In this document: positions 29,301 through 38,023 of the stretch, in pieces
Numbering within the stretch: the first letter of the stretch is position 1
Layout of the letters: each line of letters starts with the position of its first letter
Origin: a virus
Lineage: Duplodnaviria; Caudoviricetes
Length of the DNA: 54,723 nt
Strand: one strand, 5' to 3'
Virus record (IMG/VR): IMGVR_UViG_3300043446_003852
Coordinates: 1-54,723 of that record
Made by a program: the position numbers and the translations under genes
Notes under the pieces: generated by a model
What the model was told of the DNA's origin: nothing
Databases searched by the model: none
Seen by the model: the letters and a program-made list of their open reading frames with translations, nothing else

Positions 29301-30151
29301 ACGCCATCAAATACACCAGACATGGCATTACCCATTGTTTCATAAGTAGTCACAGCCTCTTTTGATATTTTATTTTGTTTTTCTGCAAGATTTATTGAGT
29401 CTTCAAGTAGTTTCGCCTTTTCTTCTAGAACAGCTTTTGCTTCATCTGATAATATATTAGACTTTTGTTTTAACTGATTATTTATTTCTTCCAATCTAGC
29501 TTGTTCGTCAGTTAAATCAATTATTTGAACTTTACCCTTCGCGGCAGATACTTGTGCATCTGCTATTTTTTTTTCTAAATTTAAAATATCTGAGCCTGCT
29601 CCGGCAGAACTCTTGATAACTTCTAAAATCTTTTCACGATTTTTAGTTGAATCAACCAATAAAGCATTAAAGGCACTTTGTTCTAATGATGTTGATTGAG
29701 ATATTGCTCTAATTCTATTTTGTGAATCTTCGCTTAATTTTTGATTACTTAATAATTTTTTTGATAAATCAACTGTACTATCATAGGTGTCATCAATCTG
29801 ATTATAAATTTTTAGCTGTTTTCCTGCAAGAGCCTCTCGAACCTTATCATCAGATACAAGGTCATCTAGTATTTCACGTTCGTCTTCTCGTGATTCAACA
29901 ATTTCTTGTTGTGTTGAAAGAATGCGACCTTGTACATCTATTATTTGATTTGATACTTTTTGGGATTTATTCTCTAATTCAATAATCTTTTCTTGTAAAG
30001 ATTTTATCTTTTGTAAATTTTTAACGTCTTTTTCTGAAATAGATGCGAGTGTATTTCTCAACGAAACCAATTCCTGTGTTAAAGAAATTTCTTGTTCTCG
30101 AAGATTATTTATTTGTTCTTGTAATTCTTTATTTTGTTTATTATCAGCCAT
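26399..30151 (-). CDS. tape measure protein
   Basis: 1250 aa, coiled-coil N-terminus, A/G-rich amphipathic repeats, MAAGG..VGENGPE motif, position after tube and chaperone. Confidence 0.88.
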   Translation of the reverse strand: MADNKQNKELQEQINNLREQEISLTQELVSLRNTLASISEKDVKNLQKIKSLQEKIIELENKSQKVSNQIIDVQGRILSTQQEIVESREDEREILDDLVSDDKVREALAGKQLKIYNQIDDTYDSTVDLSKKLLSNQKLSEDSQNRIRAISQSTSLEQSAFNALLVDSTKNREKILEVIKSSAGAGSDILNLEKKIADAQVSAAKGKVQIIDLTDEQARLEEINNQLKQKSNILSDEAKAVLEEKAKLLEDSINLAEKQNKISKEAVTTYETMGNAMSGVFDGVESAISKVPGGEALMKLFGFDEMKEKIENGMGGALQNVMNSFKSGGLVEGMKSLPGAAMQFGKALLAGPQVAIFGVIAAVGMLIDLFMDLDSGVSEVQKELGGTKKEALAAHEAAHDMAKEMNLVGVNSKEVVKGMATVSEIMGGIDVKNMMQAPGMKEMVKDATLLSEKFGMSKEEIENVHTLSTLSGKSMGALAGEAIQVAGGVMKTKDAVKLLGGISKDVAVAFKGGTKELIAAAAKAKLLGTDLKKVKDIGMGMLDIESSLEKEMEARAILGRDINLDKAREAALNGDVATLQDELLTQAGSLKEFQEGGPLKQKALADAMGMTVEEMTTMLTKAEEMNKLGLDKQLQEKLANATAEERAAIYKNQAATLQGEARDLALRKAAEEESASTAEKFGDIMTKIKETAMKLVAPILDVVHGLMDGIAQGGGLMDIFDGVFSILKPIMDVIMGIGKVLLQNVLFPFKLVWAIIQPIFDAVKDIFSIFSSGTDSVGGMAGILEKVSGIFKTIQDVILGISGVLISYIITPTKMWLMAIITPLWDAFKGVYGTFVEIYDTISKAFEPLFKAKDGAEQTSSIVDTIKKAFEYIGPVISFIGGIIAKVLIKPLETLAGIISAVVKIFTGDFEGGLKTLGDTMFNFFLGIPKMILMGIGGAIDAIFGTNLKESIGGFFDWIQKAFGFVYSLIEPIFKYVMKIGGILIDYLLQPFKSIWGVIEGIGKLFTGDLQGGLELIGQAIADFFMAPVNLVMGLFDAFVGLFKGIGDKIKAAVKDLLPGWALDLLGLGGEEEKAAEETKSSAGGGAKTEVPKMAAGGTVEKGGLAMVGENGPEVVSLPSGATVASTGASDQTSSILEALGIPTGASDAKAEKQGGRGGVISTVAEGIGGLFGSVVGGAVGAISGGGGGTNMANVEKKLDTLITLFTQAASQPTVIKFGEKTVEEIKGQLNFKKAYQVGTDNTYGRAVEG

Positions 30152-30166
30152 TTAATCAAACTATTA

Positions 30167-30394
30167 TTATATGTCTGTTTTACATTTTTGTTTACTGCAC
30201 ATTTTATTTAGATTATCCATTAATCTATCATGTGTAGCCATCCACCGATTGTGTATTTGTGAAAATTCTCGAATATCTTGCATCAATGTTGGATTATCTT
30301 TAAAAGCCTTTTCCAACTTTGATAGTTTGTTTTTTGTGATGTAGTCTATGACTATATCACCGAGTTTTTTCGCATCATTGCTTTCTTCATTCAT
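30167..30394 (-). CDS. hypothetical protein
   Basis: ATG 30394 with GGAG RBS. Confidence 0.65.
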   Translation of the reverse strand: MNEESNDAKKLGDIVIDYITKNKLSKLEKAFKDNPTLMQDIREFSQIHNRWMATHDRLMDNLNKMCSKQKCKTDI

Positions 30395-30410
30395 TCGAAT
30401 TACTCCATAA

Positions 30411-30447
30411 AAAAAATAGTTCACATACCTATAAATATGTGAACTAT
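30411..30447 (-). terminator. terminator hairpin with the late-promoter motif in its loop
   Basis: ATAGTTCACAT-ATTTATAGGT-ATGTGAACTAT then T-tract. Confidence 0.7.
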
Positions 30448-30450
30448 AAA

Positions 30451-30678
30451 CTATTTACGTTTAAAAGACGGTGGTTTTGCTTGTGAAGATTTACTTGATT
30501 GACTTGCTTGTTGATTTTTATTTCTCTCTTCTACAAACTTGATAATGTTTTGAATATAAAATCTTCTCAAATAAATTGGAAGACTATAAACCTCTTCCCA
30601 CGTAAATCCACCTTGTCCATGATAACAAAGAGAAAATATCTCTTCATGTAATGATAACTTATAATCAGGAGTTAGGCC
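30451..30678 (-). CDS. start-less ORF (gp51/gpGT-like C-terminal extension of the chaperone)
   Basis: 75 codons GLTPDYKLSLHEEIFSLCYHGQGGFTWEEVYSLPIYLRRFYI...KRK*; no ATG/GTG; begins at a T7 run inside the upstream gene; absent from the ORF track. Confidence 0.75.
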   Translation of the reverse strand, partial: GLTPDYKLSLHEEIFSLCYHGQGGFTWEEVYSLPIYLRRFYIQNIIKFVEERNKNQQASQSSKSSQAKPPSFKRK

Positions 30679-31534
30679 AAAAAAAGGAAACTCCCATAGG
30701 GATGTCCATCTCCTTTACTTCACCTGTTACTTCAGATTCAAATGTGAATGTCATATCAAGATCAGGTGACATTTGCTTGATATATGAACGAAGAGCACGA
30801 GAATCCATGGCAAATAATTCATTATCTACAAAATTATTAATGGTTGCTCTACCACTTTCACCATCAACTGCAATTATAATATTTTTAAGTCTCGTGGTTA
30901 ATTCATTATCTATTCCAGTTTTTACACGATTTTTATTCATCCCTTTTATTTCGGTCTGAATATCTTTCTCTATCTTATGTGTTATTAATCGGAAAGTAAC
31001 GACCCGTTTCGATTGTGGCAATTCATAATCAAACTCATTCTTTCGGTTCTCAAACAGGGAATAGTCCACCTCCTTATGTTCTATTTGAGTTAAATCTATT
31101 GTAACTTTTTGCTTAGTCCCTGGCGAAAACGGGTCGTCAATTTCCACAGTATAATCTTTTCCATATCCTAAAATTCTTGCTGCAACCATGATTGCATTCT
31201 TATCACCAACAAATAAATCATTGTAGTTAATAGGTGTAACAATAAGTGATTCAAATAGTTTATCCAATACCACACCTTGTTTAATAAGGTTTTGTGATGT
31301 AAGAATATCCTCTTCTCTTGCAGTCATATACTTCATTTCTATGACTCCTTCTGCGAGTGGATGTCCTTCTGGGTATAAAAGACCCTTAGATGGTAGTGGA
31401 ATTATTTCTGTTGGGAAGTTTGATTTTTTGACGGAAGTTTGTTTGTAATCCGCCATTAATTGTGCTTTGAGTTCTTCGTCACTCATTTCCATTGCATTTT
31501 TCGGTGCTTCATAACCTGTTGGTAATTGTGGCAT
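30665..31534 (-). CDS. baseplate hub assembly / tail assembly chaperone (gp26-like)
   Basis: LPSKGLLYP, MKYMTAREEDIL, GDKNAIMVAARILGYG, C-terminal FFWP; between tube and tape measure. Confidence 0.8.
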   Translation of the reverse strand: MPQLPTGYEAPKNAMEMSDEELKAQLMADYKQTSVKKSNFPTEIIPLPSKGLLYPEGHPLAEGVIEMKYMTAREEDILTSQNLIKQGVVLDKLFESLIVTPINYNDLFVGDKNAIMVAARILGYGKDYTVEIDDPFSPGTKQKVTIDLTQIEHKEVDYSLFENRKNEFDYELPQSKRVVTFRLITHKIEKDIQTEIKGMNKNRVKTGIDNELTTRLKNIIIAVDGESGRATINNFVDNELFAMDSRALRSYIKQMSPDLDMTFTFESEVTGEVKEMDIPMGVSFFWPNS

Positions 31535-31586
31535 AACTAAATCCTATAACTAAATAAAACATATTGTTGGTATAAATAAATATGGG

Positions 31587-32477
31587 TTAGAGTAAATTTT
31601 CTATCAAAGTTTTTACTACTTGGAGACGGTTATCTTGAATGTCTGATTCCCAAAATCGGAGGAGGGTGTAACCGTTGGCTTTTGCCCATTCGTTTTTGAT
31701 TTTGTCATTTTTTGCGTTATGTATTTGGATGTCATACACTGGCCCATTGGGGTATTTAAGTGGATTTGAATGGTAGAAATCTCCATCCACTTCTATAAGA
31801 ATATTTTCACTCGGTATGTAAAAATCATAGACAAAACGACCACTATTGAATGATTGAATATATTCAATATCATGTGCGTCTAAAATACCACGGAATGTCT
31901 GCTCAAGTTTATTATTGACAACTTTCCCAACACGATTTTCTGCAAACTGAACTAACCTACGGTCTCTTTGTGCAATCCGGTTTTCATCGTTTGCCCAATA
32001 CTTACGCCTGTCCTCTGTTATTTTTCTTACGTGTTCCATCGACTTTTTTTTACCACGCAAACCATTTGATATTTTTACAGACCGTTCTTTGTTTTCTGAT
32101 ATATCGAGTTTCATTTGTGATGCCCTATCTTTACCATAAGAATCTTCGAATGAAATACCCTTGTTCCACTGTGTAAGTTCACCACTATGAAATTTTTGTT
32201 TACGAGTCTCGCCAGATTTCTTTGCACCATCGGGTGAATAAAATCCACCAGTAGTTCTCACATAATGGCCGTGTTTGAAGTCATTGAATTTCTCTTGAGT
32301 ATAGTTCCACGATACCTGTTCTCCACAACCACATTTACAGAGTGGGTCTTTGCCATTGTTGTAAACAATAACACGTAGTTTGTCTTTATCAATTTGATGT
32401 GTGACACGGCAATGACGTGATAGTCCCAAGTATGAATCATATTCCGATTGACATATATGGCATTTGAATGTTTGCAT
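31587..32477 (-). CDS. putative homing endonuclease (Zn finger, NUMOD3-like repeats, DUF559/Vsr-like nuclease)
   Basis: CHIC..H..H, CKCGCG, WNKG; YDFYIP...IEVDGDFYH...D..KN..A...GY.LLRFWE. Confidence 0.82.
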   Translation of the reverse strand: MQTFKCHICQSEYDSYLGLSRHCRVTHQIDKDKLRVIVYNNGKDPLCKCGCGEQVSWNYTQEKFNDFKHGHYVRTTGGFYSPDGAKKSGETRKQKFHSGELTQWNKGISFEDSYGKDRASQMKLDISENKERSVKISNGLRGKKKSMEHVRKITEDRRKYWANDENRIAQRDRRLVQFAENRVGKVVNNKLEQTFRGILDAHDIEYIQSFNSGRFVYDFYIPSENILIEVDGDFYHSNPLKYPNGPVYDIQIHNAKNDKIKNEWAKANGYTLLRFWESDIQDNRLQVVKTLIENLL

Positions 32478-32580
32478 AATGAAAAATCCCTATATTGTTT
32501 AGTATCTCTACTAATAAATATAGGGAATTTTTCTAAAACTTCAAAATGATATTGATATTTTTCAATCCAATTTGAAAAAA

Positions 32581-33069
32581 TCAGAACTGAAGTATGGCAT
32601 AGTCATAAGCCAAGGTGAGGGAAATTTCAACAAAGTTATCTGTTGACCAATCCATATCACCAAATGTTGTTGCTGTGATAAACGCACCTTTCAATGTCCA
32701 TTCTTCAACCTTATCACCGACTGGACCAAGAACGTTGAATGTAATATCCTTCTTATAGAAGTCGGAATATCCATCACGACCTGTTACAGATTCGTGTGAT
32801 AAACGAACCCACTCCATAACTGCCTGTGCAGCGGATGGAACGATTGGGTCATATAGCTTAATAGTGACATCCTGCCATTCTCCTTTACCCTTAACCTTAC
32901 GCTTAACATTGATATGGTCAAGTGTAATTGGGTTGAAGTTAATATTAGGTCTACCAGCACCTTTAATGAGATACGCAGGGACACCTTCGATGTACATAAT
33001 AAACCTATTCGCAAGTTTAGGTTCATACGGGGTAAAAAATACTTCGGTAGGATCCAGTAATTCAGCCAT
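32581..33069 (-). CDS. tail tube protein (gp19-like)
   Basis: EPKLANRF, KGKGEWQDVTIKLYDPI, VEEWTLKGAF, LTLAYDYA. Confidence 0.9.
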   Translation of the reverse strand: MAELLDPTEVFFTPYEPKLANRFIMYIEGVPAYLIKGAGRPNINFNPITLDHINVKRKVKGKGEWQDVTIKLYDPIVPSAAQAVMEWVRLSHESVTGRDGYSDFYKKDITFNVLGPVGDKVEEWTLKGAFITATTFGDMDWSTDNFVEISLTLAYDYAILQF

Positions 33070-33141
33070 TTATTTCTCCAAGTTTAAAAATCTTTCTTTG
33101 ATATAAATATAGACATTGATAGAAAATCGTAGTCCAATAAT

Positions 33142-33612
33142 TTAGTTAACACCATTCAAGTATTCAGCAATTTTACGTCCAGTCAAATTAGCAATCGGTA
33201 GTTTTTCTATATTTGTGTATAGATATAGGACAGGCTTGACTCCTGACGGGTTAGTTCCATTAAATGCAATTTTCCATCTCGTTTTTCCCGATAATTCCGT
33301 CGATTTATTCATTAGTCCCCAAACGCCCTCATCACGATGTGACATACCAACTAAACCAAGTTTCACCGATCTAATTTTCGATCTATTGTAATCTGGCCAT
33401 TTTTTTATTGACTGTTCCATCTTGTCTAACTGCCTGCTTATATCTACTAGTTTATCAAATGGTGTCATTATACCACTTAATAGATTATTTATCTGTTTCG
33501 CATGAGAATCTATATCAGCTATCATACTATTCACGTTAGTGTTAGCTTCACGAATATTAGATAAAACAGATTCCGCTTCTTTGAGTAATTGTTTTCTTGA
33601 TGATAGTTTCAT
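33142..33612 (-). CDS. hypothetical protein (MKLSSRK-LL-E leader)
   Basis: inserted between sheath and tube; leader shared with 8297-9028. Confidence 0.7.
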   Translation of the reverse strand: MKLSSRKQLLKEAESVLSNIREANTNVNSMIADIDSHAKQINNLLSGIMTPFDKLVDISRQLDKMEQSIKKWPDYNRSKIRSVKLGLVGMSHRDEGVWGLMNKSTELSGKTRWKIAFNGTNPSGVKPVLYLYTNIEKLPIANLTGRKIAEYLNGVN

Positions 33613-33626
33613 TTCTATTCCTTTTT

Positions 33627-33659
33627 AAAAAATGGGAGAGTATATTTCAACTCTCCCTA
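33627..33659 (-). terminator. intrinsic terminator after sheath
   Basis: GGGAGAGT/ACTCTCCC stem plus T-tract. Confidence 0.7.
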
Positions 33660-33668
33660 TTATTTCAT

Positions 33669-36104
33669 TTAAGCACCTGGAAATGCCGCACCTGTTGATT
33701 GAATGTTGAAGTCAAGAATAATGAATTCAGCAGTTCTAGCAGGTTGTAGGTATAATTGACCATAAAGAATGTTACGGTCGATAATATCAGGTGTATTGTT
33801 TGATTCATCCATGATAACACGGAAAGCATACAAACCTTGACGTTGTTGAATTGACTCCAAGTAAGGAGTTACAATGTTCAAGAAACGTGTTCTTGTTTGT
33901 GATGTATTCTGTTCGAACACAAGGTAACGTGTAGCAGAAGCGATGAACTTCTTAGCTGCAATCAAGAGACGACGAACATTAATACGGTCAAGAGCAGATG
34001 GACGACCTTGAAGTGTCTTCTGACCCCATACACATACTCCCGTTGATGGGAATACCGCGATTGGATTAACTCTTGCCTCATACAATTCATCACGTTCAGC
34101 GTGTGTTAGACGTGTCTTAACTTCAACAACTTCTGTGAGACCACCACGATTCAAACCAGCAGGAGCGAACCATTCAGCAGCAACACGGTCATTGAAAGCG
34201 ATAACACCAGGAAGTACAACTGAAGGTGGAACCCAAACTGGCTTGTTTCTATCGAAGTCAAGAATCTTAACCCACGGATAGTATGTAGCAGCATAGTTTG
34301 AATCAAACCCTTCTGTGGTTGATACTGCCGTTGCAATATTATCATCCAACCCAACAGAGTCCATCACATAAAAAGCATCGCCACGGTCTTCGCAAACGTC
34401 TTTAGCATACGTTGTGATAGCAGAGTGGAGTGAGTGAACAACGCCTGGTGTTACAATCATATTGATGTCAAATTCATCAGCGTTAGATACAGCATCGAGT
34501 GCCTTCTTATATGATGTATAACCAGCAGCAGATGTTGTGGAAATATCAAATCCTTGTGTATTTCCAGCAACAAGGTGTGTACCTGTCTTCTTCTGAAGAT
34601 GTGGTTTGTGTCCGTCGAATCCACCCTGGAATGGAACCATGAACTTACGTGTATCAAGTGCAGTATTTGATGTCAAATCAACTGAACCAGTATATGGGTT
34701 TGTTGAAGATGGGTAATTAGCACCAACGTTTTGTGTGTAATTTCCTAAGTAGAAATCTGCATTTGAACCTGTTGTTTGTTTTCCAGAAACAGGGAGTGGA
34801 CGTAGATAATTGAAGTTATCTGATGTTGCGAAATCATAATCGAATCCGTAGAATATTCTCTTGTTGTAAGCACCAGCCGATGTTTGAGCAGATACAAAAG
34901 AAGCCGAAGCTGGTTGTGTAAAGTCAACAGGGATTGGTGTTTTCAAAGCACGGAATCCGAAAGGAACTAATGTTGGAGAAACGCCACCGTTAGCAACAGC
35001 GTCTGTTGTTTCAACACGAATGAATTTTGACTTGTTTGAGTAGTCACCGTTTACAACAACCTTACCTTCATCTGTGATTGTGATATAACGATCACCAATT
35101 ACACGAGCGATATACTTCGGAGAGTTAGGGTCAAGATTACACTTAAACGATTCAACAACGTTTGGACGAAGGTCTTCGTCTTCTGTTGTGAATGGAGAGT
35201 TGTAAACTTTTGTTTGATCTACATATCTAACAATAACATCAAAGTCACCATATTCAGAACCAGCAATTGTACCTGCAGGACGAACATTAGCGATACCAAC
35301 TTTAACTTCATAGTTAGAATGAATACCATGTGAAAGTGTTGCAAAACGGAAAAGATTTGTTGCAGATGCACCAATCTTCTGTGATGTAATATACGGTGTA
35401 AATGCTTCGAGGTAATCGTTTGTGAAGTCCCAAGAAGCCGCTGAACCTGTTTCTAATATAAGTGTTGTTGTTGGGTCAGCTGCAAGAGATGCTGATGCTT
35501 GCTTAGCAAACATTACATAGTTGTAAACAGCATGAGTTCCATAAGGATTATATCCATATAAGTCACCAATAAATGCAGAAGAATTTGGATTAATCGAAGC
35601 ACTATATGCTACTCCATTTTCAGATATTGCATTTGTAAATGCCGATGTATCGGTTGTGAATCCACCGGAAACAGTCAATACGAATGAACCACTAGCGTTT
35701 GAAGCAAGTGTTGAATGATTAAATAAATCTACCGTGTCTGCACTTGTAACTACAAAGGTTGGGTGTAAAACGTTTATTAACTTTTTACCCCAGCTTCCTG
35801 TTGCAACGAGAGCAATCGGATAATCCAACGAATAACCGCCGGAACCGAGAACACGGACAATAGTTGCACTACCCGCATTATTGAGGTAGTTTTTAGCAGT
35901 ATAAGGAAGGTATGACTGCTCATATGATCCACCAAACTTTGTTACGAAATCACCATATCCTTCTACTACCGTAGGAACAAAGGCAGGACCTTTTATGGTT
36001 GGACCTATAAGAGCCGCACCAATCTGACCGATTCCCTGTGGTAAGAACGAAAGATCCTTTTCAATCGTAAAAACGCCAGGACTTACAATTCTTTCATTAG
36101 CCAC
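33669..36104 (-). CDS. tail sheath protein (gp18-like)
   Basis: SPGVFTIEKD, WFAPAGLNRG, VWGQKTLQ..SALDRINVRRL, AEFIILDF; GTG start with GGAG. Confidence 0.95.
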   Translation of the reverse strand: MANERIVSPGVFTIEKDLSFLPQGIGQIGAALIGPTIKGPAFVPTVVEGYGDFVTKFGGSYEQSYLPYTAKNYLNNAGSATIVRVLGSGGYSLDYPIALVATGSWGKKLINVLHPTFVVTSADTVDLFNHSTLASNASGSFVLTVSGGFTTDTSAFTNAISENGVAYSASINPNSSAFIGDLYGYNPYGTHAVYNYVMFAKQASASLAADPTTTLILETGSAASWDFTNDYLEAFTPYITSQKIGASATNLFRFATLSHGIHSNYEVKVGIANVRPAGTIAGSEYGDFDVIVRYVDQTKVYNSPFTTEDEDLRPNVVESFKCNLDPNSPKYIARVIGDRYITITDEGKVVVNGDYSNKSKFIRVETTDAVANGGVSPTLVPFGFRALKTPIPVDFTQPASASFVSAQTSAGAYNKRIFYGFDYDFATSDNFNYLRPLPVSGKQTTGSNADFYLGNYTQNVGANYPSSTNPYTGSVDLTSNTALDTRKFMVPFQGGFDGHKPHLQKKTGTHLVAGNTQGFDISTTSAAGYTSYKKALDAVSNADEFDINMIVTPGVVHSLHSAITTYAKDVCEDRGDAFYVMDSVGLDDNIATAVSTTEGFDSNYAATYYPWVKILDFDRNKPVWVPPSVVLPGVIAFNDRVAAEWFAPAGLNRGGLTEVVEVKTRLTHAERDELYEARVNPIAVFPSTGVCVWGQKTLQGRPSALDRINVRRLLIAAKKFIASATRYLVFEQNTSQTRTRFLNIVTPYLESIQQRQGLYAFRVIMDESNNTPDIIDRNILYGQLYLQPARTAEFIILDFNIQSTGAAFPGA

Positions 36105-36168
36105 TATTTATCTCCAAAAAAAATGATGTAATTATCTTCTACTATAAATATAAGAAAAAAAACTCAAA

Positions 36169-36453
36169 TTATGTAGTAGAAGGAATAAATCTACCAGAAT
36201 CCAAATCTAGAACACCGTCACCATATTTGCTATTTAGTGATTGGACAAGACTTTTTTCACGTTCTTGTAGTGATTCGTATCTTGAAAATAATTCGGTACG
36301 AATACCTTCTATTTCTTCCAATCTTTTCTTTAATAAGTGTAGTTCAACTTCGACTTGACCGATTTGAGCGGTGTTTGTTGCATATTCTGTCTGTAAAGAT
36401 TTAACAGACTCGATGTCTACTTGTTCAAATTCTTTTTCTATTTGCTCTTCCAT
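36169..36453 (-). CDS. small coiled-coil protein
   Basis: KYGDGVLDLDSGRF C-terminus; GAGG RBS. Confidence 0.75.
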   Translation of the reverse strand: MEEQIEKEFEQVDIESVKSLQTEYATNTAQIGQVEVELHLLKKRLEEIEGIRTELFSRYESLQEREKSLVQSLNSKYGDGVLDLDSGRFIPSTT

Positions 36454-36496
36454 AAAAACCTCGTATTAAATAAAACATTATTGATACATATAAATA

Positions 36497-37495
36497 TCAA
36501 TCATTTTCGGTAGGATATACATCTGCACTTCTATTTAACGATGTATCATCAAAATATTCTAATCTTCTTTGTAAATCTTCAAGAGAATCGGTATTATTTC
36601 CGTTGAGTGGTTTAAAATCCGCATCGTTATAGACTTTTTTATTTTCAGATAGAGCCGTATTTATATCCGCAAATGCTTCTGACACAAAATTTACCTTATT
36701 CGGAGCTACTACTCTCTTTGTTGTTACTTCACCGGCAACTTCTTTTGGTAAAAGATAAGCATGAACCATTATCTGAAAAGAAGCACGTACAACTCTGTCT
36801 TGACCTGTTGTATTATTATCTTCCATAGCGATTGAATCCATGTTGGTAGAAAACTTAAAGAAGTTTTTTTCGCCAAAGGATTGACCTGTATAATATACAA
36901 ACTGTTCAGCTATATGATTTAATTGCGATTGGTATTCACACCAAACGATAAAGTCATAGGAAATATCAACGTAATCAGGTATCGGTGTAACAAAGTATTC
37001 CTGTGGTTTTTTTGCACCATACAAGGTACTAAACTTATCATAAGGTGCCATTTTATTATACTTTGATTGCATAATATATCCCAACTGATTAGTTGTTGCT
37101 ACCTTATTACGTCTTAACTCATTTTTTACAGTAACGTTTGAACGTCTGAATGTTATAAGAGGAACTAATGTTTTTCCTTTCTTATCTTTTAAGAATCCAT
37201 TCTTTTGTATTGACGCCCATTTTTCCGAGTTTGCATAAAGTGTTGGAACGGAAATGTATTCTCCGTTATCCTCCACACGTAATTTCATAGATTGTTCTAT
37301 AAACGATTTTACAGCAAAGTCTACGTCATATAACGTAATACCAATACTGCGTGTTTTATCAGTATCTCTACGAACTTGTCTGTGGCGTGCTTGGCCAAAA
37401 TCAGTTCTTGGATGTTCTATTGAATTCTGGTCATCGATGAAAGAATCTCTTGTTCTCTTAATCGGTGGCTTACGATATGGCGATGAATTTTTCAT
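36497..37495 (-). CDS. putative tail terminator / gp15-like neck protein
   Basis: position after gp13/gp14-like genes; VPTLYANSEKW, PDYVDISYDF. Confidence 0.6.
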   Translation of the reverse strand: MKNSSPYRKPPIKRTRDSFIDDQNSIEHPRTDFGQARHRQVRRDTDKTRSIGITLYDVDFAVKSFIEQSMKLRVEDNGEYISVPTLYANSEKWASIQKNGFLKDKKGKTLVPLITFRRSNVTVKNELRRNKVATTNQLGYIMQSKYNKMAPYDKFSTLYGAKKPQEYFVTPIPDYVDISYDFIVWCEYQSQLNHIAEQFVYYTGQSFGEKNFFKFSTNMDSIAMEDNNTTGQDRVVRASFQIMVHAYLLPKEVAGEVTTKRVVAPNKVNFVSEAFADINTALSENKKVYNDADFKPLNGNNTDSLEDLQRRLEYFDDTSLNRSADVYPTEND

Positions 37496-38019
37496 TAAAT
37501 GTTACTCGGTAAATCATTTTCATTTGTTCTAACCACAGACCTAACTTCTTCCACATGAATACGTGAACGTCTTGTTAAGTGTGTGTTTGCTATGATAGAA
37601 ACATTATGTCCCCATCTTTCCGTTGCAAAAGAATAATCAGGGTTCTTGCCACCGAAGTATTGATTTTCTTGAATGGCATCTATTTCCCAGTATTCTCCAT
37701 TATATTCTATAACATCGCCAACTTCAACATATGTTTCATATGTTTTCAACAACTCACGTATAAACCCAAAATCACAAACTTGTGTGTAATCTTGTCCAAA
37801 CTCTGTTCCTTCGAATGATTGTGGTTGACGATTTATAAGTGAAGGTATCTTTATTGGTTGGTTGTAAATCTTTTTATCGGATTCATCATAGATATTTGTC
37901 TTTGTGTTTTCTAATGAAAGCTTATAAAGACCTACCTCTGTATCAATAATATCCACGATAAGTTCCATATTGAACTTATGAACTAAACTAGCATCTCTTT
38001 GTCCGTGAAATAATGGCAT
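37495..38019 (-). CDS. head closure / neck protein (gp14-like)
   Basis: NIYDES..K.Y, FG, VEVGDVI.YN..YWEID. Confidence 0.7.
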   Translation of the reverse strand: MPLFHGQRDASLVHKFNMELIVDIIDTEVGLYKLSLENTKTNIYDESDKKIYNQPIKIPSLINRQPQSFEGTEFGQDYTQVCDFGFIRELLKTYETYVEVGDVIEYNGEYWEIDAIQENQYFGGKNPDYSFATERWGHNVSIIANTHLTRRSRIHVEEVRSVVRTNENDLPSNI

Positions 38020-38023
38020 TAGA

